A DNA stretch of 64,000 nucleotides from Camelus ferus. Lineage: Eukaryota. Made by a program: the position numbers and the translations under genes. The notes below the pieces were generated by a model. The model was not told the origin of the DNA. It made no database searches and saw only the letters and a program-made list of their open reading frames with translations. Shown piece by piece: positions 27,691-39,346 of the stretch (the first letter of the stretch is position 1; each line of letters opens with the position of its first letter). The stretch spans positions 74,464,001 to 74,528,000 of the forward strand of contig NC_045697.1 of the NCBI RefSeq assembly GCF_009834535.1, given 5' to 3'.

Positions 27691-28176
27691 GTAGATACCT
27701 GCATTCGTAGTGCCGTTTTAATGACATTTTATTTTTTCCCTTTATTTCATGAAAAAAACTTTGTAGATTGTTTGATTACAGCTGGGAAAATTATACATTT
27801 TTTTACAACTTAATTTCCTCTATAGTTAAGTCAGTTGAGGAAAAATGGTGACTCATCACTATATTCTTTTTTTAAAAAAAATATTAAAGCAGCATTTAAA
27901 CTGAGGAGGAAATCATATTGTATAAGTGATGATGTAACAAGGTCATCATTTGGCACCATTCATGTGTTCTGTTATTACAGCTGAGCACATGTGCACAATT
28001 GTGCTGAGAGAAGGTATTGTGATTTCCTTCTGACCTCACGGAGGTGTTCTGGCAGGATAGCTGAGTGTGGATAGGAGAGAGCACTTGCTGTACAGACAGC
28101 TCTGGTTCACAAATTCATTTTTGTTGTTAGCTGTCGGGTCAATGGTCTACTTATCTTTCTGGTCACTTCCTTGCAG

Positions 28177-28275
28177 GTGTTTTGATACACAGTTGTAATT
28201 TTGACCATGGGCTTTGTGGATGGATCCGGGAAAAAGACAGTGACCTGCACTGGGAACCAGTGAGGGATCCAGCAG
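28177..28275 (+). CDS. NPNT: Nephronectin exon 10 equivalent, start of MAM domain
   Basis: ccttgcag|GT...GCAG|gtaaga; 99 nt; (G)VLIHSCNFDHGLCGWIREKDSDLHWEPVRDPA. Confidence 0.97.
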
Positions 28276-30229
28276 GTAAGACCATTCATCTCACCCAACA
28301 TATTTCAGTTGGAGCCCATCTGAGGCCCCCAGTTCTGCTGATCAGGTATACTGGGACACAGCTCTATGTCGACTTAATAAGAGGGTAAAGACAGCTTGTC
28401 CAGCATCCATCTTCCATTTTTTCAGGGAAAACTGAATTTGTTAGCTATCAATTAGAATTATAAGATGACAAGCAGTTTATTAAAAGTCCAGCTAATTTCT
28501 TTCAAAAAAAAAAACTTTGGTGAACATAAAATGTATAGATTCATCCTAACATATAATCTTCAAGTTATTTGCAGTGCCCCATTCCCAGGTGTCGAAGAAG
28601 TAATACAGTAGGACAGCAGCCATCACAGTAGCCCCTTGTTTTCTCGATGATGTCGTTTTTATTTTTTTAAGATGCAGTCAGTAGAAGGAGACAGTGGAAA
28701 TTTCTGTGAGATTGTGAATCTCTCTGAAAAAAACCAGTCTGATTTGGATGCTGGAGAAATTAGTTACAAATTACCACCACTTATTCCACACGAGAATGTT
28801 ATTAGAGAGGTAGATTTAAATATAGGCCCTTGGAAAATTAACAGACTTAAATTGCACACATCCTATTAATCCAAAGTTTTCAGGGCTTTTAAGACATTTT
28901 ATTGTCTTGTTTCAGGAAGCAAAGCTACATACTGCTGTTGGTTTGTTTTTTTTTTCCCTCCCTTTAGTAGTTAAATCTTTTATGGGTGAGGCCAACTTAA
29001 TGGACAGCTGAGGAGTTTGGTTTCTTTTTTTTTTGCCTTTCTATACTCCTGATTCTAGACTCAAGGATGAAAGATACAAGACATGAAGAAGAAGTATGTT
29101 ACTTGTTTCAAAAGCCTAGTTCCTAAGTGCCATCCCAGGCACAGCGAGCACAGAGCACGTACAGTTAACCTGAGAGAGGATGTGCTCTAAGCCAGTTCTT
29201 CTCAACTTCCCGGGCGCGTACAGACCAGCCGGGGCCTTGTTGAAATGGACATCTTGATGTGTTTCTCACACGTTCCTGGGGGATAATTTTGGTATTACTC
29301 CCTGATGCACATTTTGAGTAGCAAGGTATTAAAGGATTAGTGCAAAAATGTATTTATTAGATCCCCTAAGATTGAACTGTTAGAGATATTAAAAAATGAA
29401 AATGGGAGGTAAGCTTTTAAAAAATGAATATCCAATAAATTCAAATGGGGTTTTAGATTTCTTTGAGCTAGAAAATGATTTTTCACGCCACACACACGCC
29501 GGGACAGTCCCTCTCATTCTCACTTTCGTGTTTACCTTCTCACTTACTTAAAATTAACTCCGAGCAGGACATTATTATAAATGTCACCGATATCTGTGAA
29601 TAGTTGTTTAATAGCTACTATAGTTATGACTCATTCATTATCTCAGTTTTATTTAATCTTCTTATTCACCCTGTGAAACAGGTAATACTGTTTTCATTTC
29701 ACAAAGGCCCAGAACTTACATCAGCTTCCTGAGGCCGCACAGCTAAAGAATGGACTTCGCGTCCAGGCCTCTCTGTGCTGCCCGCGCAGCCACCTTGGCG
29801 GTTCAATACCCAGACAGCTGCAGCCTTATTCTGGAGTTTTCCGCACTCACCATCTGGCCCCCACGTCCGGGGGCGGTGTGCACGATCCGATTAGCAGATC
29901 TCAGGCCTGTGGAGTTGAGTGACGGCTGACCTGGAGCAGCTCACTAGGGGAGGGAGGTCCTGTAGCAACCCTGTGTAATGCAGTGGGGAATAATGTTCCT
30001 GGTCATAATGAATCATTCTTTCAGGTGAGGCACACTGGGGAGAGTGACTCATGCTAAGCTCAGAAGAATTCATTGCACTTCTATGTGGACAGTCTATGTA
30101 AAACAATTGATTTTTAGAATTTAAATACCATTTTTTAGTACTTTTCAACACTTTTTATTATTCATCACATATGTAAATGTTGAAATTTGTTGTGACCCCA
30201 AATCCACTTGCCCTCTGATAGAAAAATGA

Positions 30230-31175
30230 GAAGAGGACTGGCAATTAGAATGGTTGACAAAAAAAGGTTTGAAATGGTCGTCTGGCTGTGATAATACAGA
30301 ACAAGCTGAAAGGAAGTGGTGGCTGCTTGGGTGATAGGGCAGCTCCTGGTGATTGGCTCTGGCTCCCAGGATGCTCTTCTGGGGTTGCTCCAGGTCTTTA
30401 CTAACAACTTGGATGAACTGGATATTGGAGGCATACTAACCAGTCTGCGGATGACTTAAGGCAGAGGAGACAGTGGCTGTGTGTGCTGATACAGCCAGCA
30501 ACCAGAAGATTAGATCAGTAGGTCACACTTAACAGGCTGAAATCTAATGGGGATGAATACAAGGTGTAGCTCGTGGTCTAGAAACCACCTACACAACCGT
30601 GGGAGGTCAAAGATGTGATTCAGCAGTTAAGTGTGAAAGACTTCAGCATTTTAGTGGGTCATGAAATCAACCCTGTGTTGTTGCAGCCAAAAAGTTGGGA
30701 CATTTAAATAGAAATAGATATGTTTTTCAAGAATGGAAAATACCCTTTGGGGTGTTCTTTACTGTCTGAGAAGAATAAAAGTAATTATAGGCACTAGGAA
30801 TAAAATGCTCTGGCTGGAGAGGTATCTCAAAGCCTGTAGAAAACGAGTGAGGACCCCAGCAGTTTCAACCTGGAGAAGAAATATTGGAGCAGGGCAGCTT
30901 TTCAGATGCATGGCCAACAAATCTATCTCAGTTGTTCTGTCACTACCAGGGGATGAGAAGTTGGTTCAGTAGGTGAAAACTACAGGGGGATGGATTTTTG
31001 TCACTCTTAGAACATCTCCATAGAGCTGTCTAGAGAGAAATCAGGCTGATAGAGGAGCACGGGGCTCGGTGGAGCCGTTTGACTGGACGACATGACAAGG
31101 TGCTGTTTTGAGAATTAGACAAAAGTCAGATTAAAAGATCTCTTACACTGGCTCTGGGAGCCTATGATTCAGAAT
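30230..31175 (+). mobile_element. Ancient CR1/L3 LINE fragment (RT region to 3' end)
   Basis: Frameshifted remnants of FINDLD...FADD (tttactaacaacttggatgaa...gcggatgac), EKDLGVLV (gaaagacttcagcattttagtg) and FSLEKR (ttcaacctggagaagaa). Confidence 0.65.
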
Positions 31176-32439
31176 GAAATGTCCCAGGTAATCCGAGGAG
31201 ATCAGGCAGCAGGGTTCTGGCTTAGAAAATGGGTGGAAAGACCAAATATGGCAGAGAGTTGGAAGAAGGGATAGGAGGAGGGGCACAGCATAGCATATGT
31301 CAAGGTGGAACTGCAGGTGAGCTTTTTAGAATATGTCAGGAAATTCTAACCATATACAGATTCTAACACATACAGATGGGAAGTGCTGATGAAGCTTACT
31401 TTTCCGTGCCTGTTTTTCTTCTAGGGAGTTCAGGTGGGGTTGTGTATGTGTATCACATATGAAGGCCAGGGAAGACTATAAGCCATGTAATAAATTATTT
31501 TTGCATATTATTCTAGTGACCAAACTAATTGCTTGTTTCTCTCTAGATTATACCATTTGTAAAGGAACCTATGTTTGGATTTCCACGATTCTGATTGATT
31601 TTTATGTTGTGCATTTCTTATCTAAGATCCAGATTTGCAAATATTCTTATATGCTAATACCTCTAAGAAAACTCTCAGTTAAACAAACTTACAATTTTGA
31701 GAAACAAGTGCATTTGCTCTCCCTCCTTCCTGGTGCTCGTTAGGTTTTGTTTATCATCACATTCAGTCTTGAACTTAATTGTGAGAAGGTGAAATTAATC
31801 CATCCTCTAGGGAATGGAAAGTTGTGCTGCAGACAGATGTGGTGTGTGCTACAGGCTTACAACTGTGGCCCTGAACACACGCCCTTCTCCTGCAGCTTCG
31901 AGGCCAAAGTTGAGACCCTTTTCCTGGAACCCTAATCCCTGGGGATCAAGAGTTAAAGGCAACTGACTCAGCACTCTTTCTGCTACCCATAGCCACAAGC
32001 AATTCATTTAAATATAAGACAAGTATGCCAGCATGTACCTACAAGTATGTCCACTGCAGCATTAAAATACATCACTTTCGAATACATGTAAATGGACAAA
32101 TAAATCAACAGGGAAAATGAAAGCTCCCTCCCAACCCTGGCTCCCAGTCATCCTACCCGGATGCAACCAGCTTCTTGGTTATCTTTCTGGAGTTAGATTT
32201 TTCCACACACCAGCCCCCCCTTCAGTACCTTCTGTCACTTAACCACATTATCTTAAGAGTTAATGTGAGTGTGGACTCTGAAGCCAGGATGCCTGGGCTG
32301 AAACCCGGCACCACCACTGATGAGCTTTGATCTCGAGCAGGTTTACTTAAATGGGGTAATCAGTAGTGTCTACATATGTAAAGCATTTAAAGCAGTCCTG
32401 GGCCCAGAGTTACCATCAGAATAGTATTAGTTATTGTGG

Positions 32440-33320
32440 TTGAAGACTGCCGTGTATCAGTATGCGCAGAACACCCTCATTCTTACTAATGGCAGTTAGT
32501 TACTCCCTCACTCCTTCCATGTGTTTAACCTGCCGTCCACTGAGGAACATTTCAGTTGTTTCCAGTCTTCTGGTAGTTCATACAATGCTGTAGTAAGTAA
32601 CTTTGTACAGATGTCATTTCATGTACGTTTGAATGTATCGTTAGGATAAATTTCTACATGTAAATTTTCTGGGTCAAAGGGAATTTGCAGTTTGAATTTG
32701 GGTAGATTTTACTAAAATGCCCTTCAAAAGGAGTGAAGCAGTTTATGCTCACACCAACAATATTTAGAACCATCCCTAACACAGATCTTTTTTTTCTTCA
32801 TCTTTGTCAAGCTTATAGGTGACAAGGCATCTCACTTTTAATTTGCATTTCTTTCAGTGAGAAAAGTTAACCATCTTTTCATTTATTTAAGTCTTTATTT
32901 TCCTGTGATGCCCTTTATTTTTCCTTTGTGTTCTTATTCTTGATTTGTAAAAGGTCCTTATGTAAAAAGGAAACTCAGCCTTTTTTGACGTTGCCGATAT
33001 TTAATTTTTTGCTTATCTTAATATTTTATGATATTTTTATCTTAAGATGAACATTTAGAAGCAACTTAAATGTTCTTCAATAAGAAATTGGCCAAATTAT
33101 TGATACACTTGCATCTATGAAAAATATTTGTTGACATAAAAAATGGCTGTAATATAACTTGCTTTTTTCATTGAATATAAAAGCTGCAAAAACGTTCATA
33201 TTCATGTGCATTTGTGTGCATGTATTTACATAAGAATATAAGAAAAGTCCAGAAGTCAAAATGTTAGTATCTCTCTTCGGGTTTAGCATTATGTTTAAAT
33301 TTTCTTTATGCTCTTATAGA
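32440..33320 (-). mobile_element. Old degraded LINE-1 (L1M-like) fragments
   Basis: gaacatttcagttgtttccagt, ctcaccaacaa, ttttaatttgcatttct: antisense L1 3' motifs. Confidence 0.6.
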
Positions 33321-35764
33321 TATATTTTCTGCAATAGGCATCCACTGCTTCTTTTATTAGAAAAAAATGAAGCTATTTGTATTTTAGGGATAAATCTCAG
33401 CAAACCATAATTATCTTAGTTCTACCTGGATGGGTTTCTCAGCTAGGCAAAAAATATGTATATAAATAAAACCATTTCCTCTCACTTTTTGACCATACAG
33501 GTAATAGGAAAAGTAATGGATGGTAATATTTGTAAATTGAAATTGTAAAGGCATGAACAAGTATAGAATTAAAAATAAGGAAATTAAAATTTTATCATCT
33601 ATGTTTCTGGCAGGTTTGCAGCATTTATTATTTACCCAAACCGCCCCCCCCAAGCTTTAAATATTATGATGTTTTAAACTGAAACCATGAAAATATTTCA
33701 TGTAATTTTATATTTAAGCAGTATTTTGGAATCAGAAGTGAAATTTTTCTTTAACAGATTTGTTTGGAGTGGTAGATCAGTTTTTCTCTTAGCTACTGTT
33801 CCCACTTTGTAATATTTCCATTTATTAAAAATGGAAGGAGTTCTTCAGGGTAAAACAACAAAAACCTTGATGGCCACAGAGTAGCTCTATAGGGGAAAAA
33901 TAATTGTAGCCTCATTTATAGAATTTTAAATATCTACACAAGAGTCTATTGACTCCTTTATTAGGATGCCTTGGTTTTTGTTAGGTTGTCTTGTTTGCAA
34001 GCAGCATCTGCATAGTGATGTTAGTATACATTCCATGGGGACTTAAGGTAATCCTTGTTTCCTTAAAATTTGCAGGTTAACTATAATGGCCTTATATCTT
34101 AGTCTTAACCAAAATACCTATGATGATTCAAAAGCTGACTTATGGGAAGACATTTAAAAGCCATGTAAATATTTTGGCTCAAAATATCCTTTGGATTAAT
34201 ATGGGGAACACGGGGGCAGAAGGAATGTTAAAAAAATGTGTTTTTGATGAATCAAGTACATGACTCAGGGAATTATTTCTCTGTAGTTTTTATTGTATTC
34301 TTGGAACATCATTTATTCAACAAATGGCATTAAACTCCTACCATATACTAGGATGTAATGGGGTGGTTTGGAGGAAACTTTGGTTCTGATATCAAAGAGT
34401 TGACAGTCTTCTGGGGGAGAGACGTGTAAACCAGTGATTCTTGTGCTGAATAGGGGTTCAGGCAGTTCTGAACTCAAATTGTTACTCTGCCACTCACTGG
34501 CCGGGTGACACCTTGGGTGACTTCACCTCTCAAAGCCTTAGTCTTGTTTTGCAGATGCAGAAGCTAACAAGTGTTCACTTCAAAGGCTTGTTAGTAGGGC
34601 TAAATGAGACGCTCCCCGCAGAGCACTCGCATAGAACCTGGTGCATCACAGATACACATACCATCTGACTGGTCCTTTGAAGACTCAGAGGGGACTTGGT
34701 AGAGGAGAAGTCACTTGAAGAGTAGGACATCCCAAACCTTGTCATGTCCAGTACAGATTAAGCACAAGAAATGATGGTTTATCTTTCCAATGAAAAATAG
34801 GCAGGTTTTCTACCAAAACAGATACACGTGTTGAGCATTCCAACCACATTTTCCTTTAGCTAAGTCAGTGTTGAAACTGTGTTTTTCAGTTGGCTGCAAT
34901 AAAACAGGCTGAGGGGCACAGCCTTTGTACATGAATTGAGCTTCAAAATACAACTTGCCACTTGCCCTCTCCTGAGAAGCAGCACCCCCCACTTCACTGC
35001 TGCTCAAACTTTTTTCCCCCTTAACTGCAGTTCCTCTAACAATTGAGGGAAGCAAGTCTATAGCCCTAGGAATCTAAGGCATTATCAAAGTGACCTTCCC
35101 AAAGGGACAGTTTTTATTAACTTTTTGTGTTCATGTATATGTAATAGAAAATTGATATATTACTTTCATTATATTGTTATGGATTTGTTTTTATATAAAA
35201 CGTTTTAAACTACTTTCAAAGCAAATGGATGCTGCAGGGAAGATGTGATGGGTTTCCAGAGCATTTCTGCATCTTGGAGTTAGGTGTGAGAAGCACAGCC
35301 AACTCATTTTTAAAGGACTCGTTTCTCTTTAGAGATTTTTTTTTTAAGTGGGGAGGGGAGAGAATAAACAGGTCTAGTGCCTCCTTTAAATCATCATCTG
35401 CCCTACTGTCTGGAGGTAGGAAATCCACCTAGAAACGTCTCCCTGGCAACTTAAGCCAACCACCCTACCAGCCAGCCAGCGCGACAGGGCAATCACAGAT
35501 GCGTGAGGATCCAGAGGCAGTGACTGTGTGCACGCCTGGGTGTGTCTGATCGTATGTAGCTGGTAACAGGCATAGTGTTAGGACCGCTAATCATTGTGTG
35601 CCCTTGGCAGAATCTGTATTCCCCCTGAGCAAAGGGAGTGAGTGTTTTCTGTAAATATAAAACCATAGAATTTAAGACAGCCATAGATATAAGTCCTGTG
35701 TTTCTCCTTCAAAAATCTGGAATTCTTTACAAATGGCCGGCACAGTCTGTGGAAACAAGAGAAG

Positions 35765-36310
35765 GAGAAGCCGCGGCCGGCCGGCGGGGCCGGGGCCGCG
35801 GGGCTCGCCCACACAGGCCCTGCTCTTCCCCCTGCAGGTGGACAGTATCTGACAGTCTCGGCAGCCAAGGGCCCCGCGGGGAAAGCCGCGCGCTTGGTGC
35901 TCCCTCTCGGCCACCGCCTGCACTCAGGGGACCTGTGCCTGTCGTTCAGGCACAAGGTGGCGGGGCTGCGCTCCGGCACGCTCCAGGTGTTTGTGCGGAA
36001 ACACGGGGCCCACGGAGCAGCCCTGTGGGGAAGAAATGGTGGCCATGGCTGGAGGCAAACGCACATCACCTTGCGAGGGGCAGACGTCAAGAGCGTAAGT
36101 AGACCCGCCGAGGAGGCAGGACCTGGGAGGTTTCCTTTCCGAGGACGGCTCTGGGGTCGGCGTCGGAAGCCTTTGCTGTCCGTTCGTTCAGGCCCAAAGC
36201 TCAGCTCGTGCTTTTTGTGGGCGTGGGGACCCTGTGCGTTGCCTCTTTCTGTAGTCCCTTTTCTCCTTCGTCCGTTCTCCATCGCAACCAGGACCACCTC
36301 CGCTCTCCCC
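35765..36310. promoter_or_regulatory. Intragenic CpG-rich island over exon 11
   Basis: Abrupt switch from AT-rich intron to dense CpG (gccgcggccggccggcggggccggggccgcgggg...), extending into both flanking introns. Confidence 0.65.
35838..36094 (+). CDS. NPNT: Nephronectin exon 11 equivalent, MAM domain core
   Basis: cccctgcag|GT...AAGAGC|gtaagt; 257 nt, phase 1-0; (G)GQYLTVSAAKGPAGKAARLVLPLGHRLHSGDLCLSFRHKV...TLRGADVKS. Confidence 0.97.
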
Positions 36311-37451
36311 ACCCTGGTGAAAATCCCCTCTTTTTAATGACAAATTTTAGCGGTTGAAAAGGTGGAAAAGTTAATCAGAAGAAACGTCGAAGGGCGAGGG
36401 TGGGCTTAACTACCTGCTTTTCCTTAAACTGCTTATACTTCAAACTTTGACCACCATGAGTTACCCTCAAGTGTTTTTTCTTTCTTTTCTGAAATGTTTC
36501 TTTAAAGTCTTTTTTTTTCCCCCTTTGCCTCAGAGATCATAGTTAAGCAGCCTTGGGTGGGAACCAGAACAGTATGTTTGGAAAATATTATTCTATTCAG
36601 GACAGGATGTGGGGAAAACTTTGATTGAATATATAAACTTTATCTTAACTAATTAAGTCATAGGTAGAAGTAAAATGATCTATAACAACCCACTGAAATA
36701 GTGCATATATTTGGAAAAACTGTTTTCTTTATGTCAATACTTACAAAACTGGTATAGGTATAGGTAAAAGAAAGGTTAGACTCCATGAAGACAGCTTTTA
36801 TCAGAGTCTTGGATTTTGTTTTACTGTTTTTCTCTTAAAATTTTTCTTAATATTTATATCATTTGGAGAAACAAAACATTGTTTCACAGCATAACATAGG
36901 TTTCTGTTCTCAAAGGAGCAAGGATGCTGTACAGAAGATAAAATACAAGAAAGGTTTTGCTCTTTACATAAGTGAAACAAATGGAACTGGGGTGTTTGGT
37001 TCTATTCCATTTTAGGCATCAAAGCTAAATTAAATTAACCTGGAGGAGGGACTAGAAAACCTCTAAGAGGCTGCATGATTATGATCTTTCAGATCTTTGG
37101 CTCCTAATTTCTTGCCTTTTATGCCCCATCACACTCTTCTGTCTTTGGGAAATCTTTGACAGAAGTGTCCAGTTCCTAATCATTCCTAAATGGAGGCAGT
37201 CTATCATTTAGAATAGCTTTTTAAAGTGTAACTGATTTTGGGTAATGTGGTCCAGTTAACAATTTACTGATGACTAAAATTTCTACCAAAAGGCAAGCCT
37301 CAGGTGACACTGGCACCTCTGTTCTAGTCTTTCCTTCTGTTAAGTAAGTTTACTGTTCAGTTTTGGGGAAAGTTTGCGTTTGTTTTGCTAAATGAGCGGG
37401 CATTGGGAAGGGGTAGAGGAGGCTTGACTGGTGTGTGCGTTCTCTCCCTAG

Positions 37452-37562
37452 GTCATCTTCAAAGGTGAAAAAAGGCGTGGTCACACGGGGGAGATTGGAT
37501 TGGATGATGTGAGCTTGAAAAAAGGCCAGTGCTCTGAAGAACGCGAGCAACTCCAGAACTAG
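37452..37562 (+). CDS. NPNT: Nephronectin terminal coding exon (exon 12 equivalent), end of MAM domain
   Basis: tctctccctag|GTC ATC TTC...; VIFKGEKRRGHTGEIGLDDVSLKKGQCSEEREQLQN, TAG at 37560-37562. Confidence 0.95.
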   Translation, partial: VIFKGEKRRGHTGEIGLDDVSLKKGQCSEEREQLQN

Positions 37563-38931
37563 CCATGAACCCCCATGTTGCTCCCTCTTCTTTTTCCAAT
37601 CTTCACCACCTGTCCTCTCCTCCCTCTTATCAGGCCTAGAAGAGTGGGTCAGGAGAAAGTCTGCTTGGTGACCCACATCTTGCTGGCCTGCTTTTGTGCA
37701 ATCCCAATGAACAGTGACACCCCCCCTTGAAATACAGGGGGCATCTGTAGAAGCATCCAAAGCCATCTTTGGGTGTTACCTTCCAGCCGATGTCTCTTTT
37801 AAGAAGGCCTTCGGCAAGTGTGACCTATACCCCCTTCATCCTAGTTACAAGGTGTTGTTCCTTGCAGCAAATTATGGGTGAAGTTTTCAAAAGAAATCTG
37901 CAAATGGCCATTCTGTTATCTGTTCAGTGTTGTACCACGAGTAGTATTGACTTCTGCTAAGATACGTTGTACAATGTGCTTGTGAAATTGGTTTATCCTC
38001 TCCACTTATTAGTTCTGGTCTGGCCTGAACTCTGACTTTTACTGCCATTCATTTTATAAAAGAAGGGTGTATAACATATCAAGATGCATTTATTCTTGTT
38101 ATCTGTATTTTTCTTTTTAAAGACGATTATGTAGAGTGGGCACGTAATCTCTTGTTAGTAGTATTGTGTTTTGTGTAAATGTGCTATTGATATTAAGTAG
38201 TGACGTGTTCCCAATATTTACAGACTCTAGTTGCAAGGGAAAGGCAGCTTGTGATCTCTTGAGTTAAAAAATGCACGGTGGAATGTCATTTAGTTCCATG
38301 ACCTTATATTGGCAGCCAGAGAAAATTGGAAGAGGTGTCAGTTTGTGGTAGTGAGGGGATGAATTTCTTAATGGCCTTGAGTTTGATCACAACAAAGGAT
38401 AGTGACCATTCAGGTTGACAGGAAACTGCAGTTAACCCATAAAACCTTCACTGTTTCAGGCTCCACTTTAAAACCAACAGCTTTTACCCTAACAATAATG
38501 GCCCTTTCTGGTGATCTTAAGAAGCTTTATGAAAGTTCTGGTTGTTTCAGAAAAAAGGTTCTGTTTATGGAAACAGGGTGAGGGAAAGCATGGGGGGAAG
38601 CTCTGTTGAAACAGATTCTCCCACTCGTTTTTAAATCAGTTTAAATTTAGGGGGGCCTAGATCATAACTTATGCGCTGCTGTGTCAGGATGGGATGGGGA
38701 GCAAGTCCCATGCTTTGAGGCACTGGATGTGTCAGAATGGGATTCACACACACACTCAAGCAACAGGACAAGATTGGAATTCTAAGATCTATGAACCCCC
38801 AACTTTGTTTCCTCCCTGTAAATTTTACCTTTATATTGAAAATATACATAACTTTTAAAAGGCAACTTATTCCTGAGGCTTTTCATTATTTCTGATTAAG
38901 TAATCAAAATATTTTCTGCTGTTTTTGCCAG

Positions 38932-38946
38932 GAATCACAAAGATGA
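38932..38946 (+). CDS. NPNT: Putative alternative terminal coding segment of NPNT (ESQR-stop)
   Basis: attttctgctgtttttgccag|GAA TCA CAA AGA TGA; phase 0, matching the exon 11 donor. Confidence 0.6.
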   Translation, partial: ESQR

Positions 38947-39346
38947 TTAAAGGGTTGGAAAAAGAGATCTATGATGAAAAATTAAAGGAACTGGGATTAT
39001 TCAGCGTGGAGAAGAGAAGACTGAGGGGCAAACCATTGCTGGTTTTCAAGTATATGAAGGGTTGGTACAGAGAGGACGGTGACCAGCTGTCCTCCACATG
39101 CACTCAGAACAGAACAAGAGGAAGCAGGCTTAGGCTGGAGTGTGAGGGGCCATTTCCTGGCAGGGACAGTTGTTAATTAGAAACCTTTGTTTAAACCAAA
39201 AAAGTGTGAATTTTTTGAGGCTTTTAAAAAATTAGATAAGGTTTTTTTTTTTTTTTTTCTATTTAAGATGGTTAAAGATGTTCTTCCCTCAAGGCAGAGT
39301 AACAATAACAGAATCTCCCTAAAGATGTTTTAATCCTATTACTATG
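38935..39346 (+). mobile_element. Ancient CR1/L3 LINE 3' fragment inside the NPNT 3'UTR
   Basis: ORF 38925-39176 reads TKMIKGLEKEIYDEKLKELGLFSVEKRRLRG...FKYMKG...NRTRG, the hallmark CR1 ORF2 C-terminus. Confidence 0.85.

Noticed and set aside
35587..36312. 241-aa antisense ORF and other overlapping ORFs at exon 11
   Set aside because: Expected stop-codon depletion in a GC-rich island opposite a real exon; no recognisable domain.
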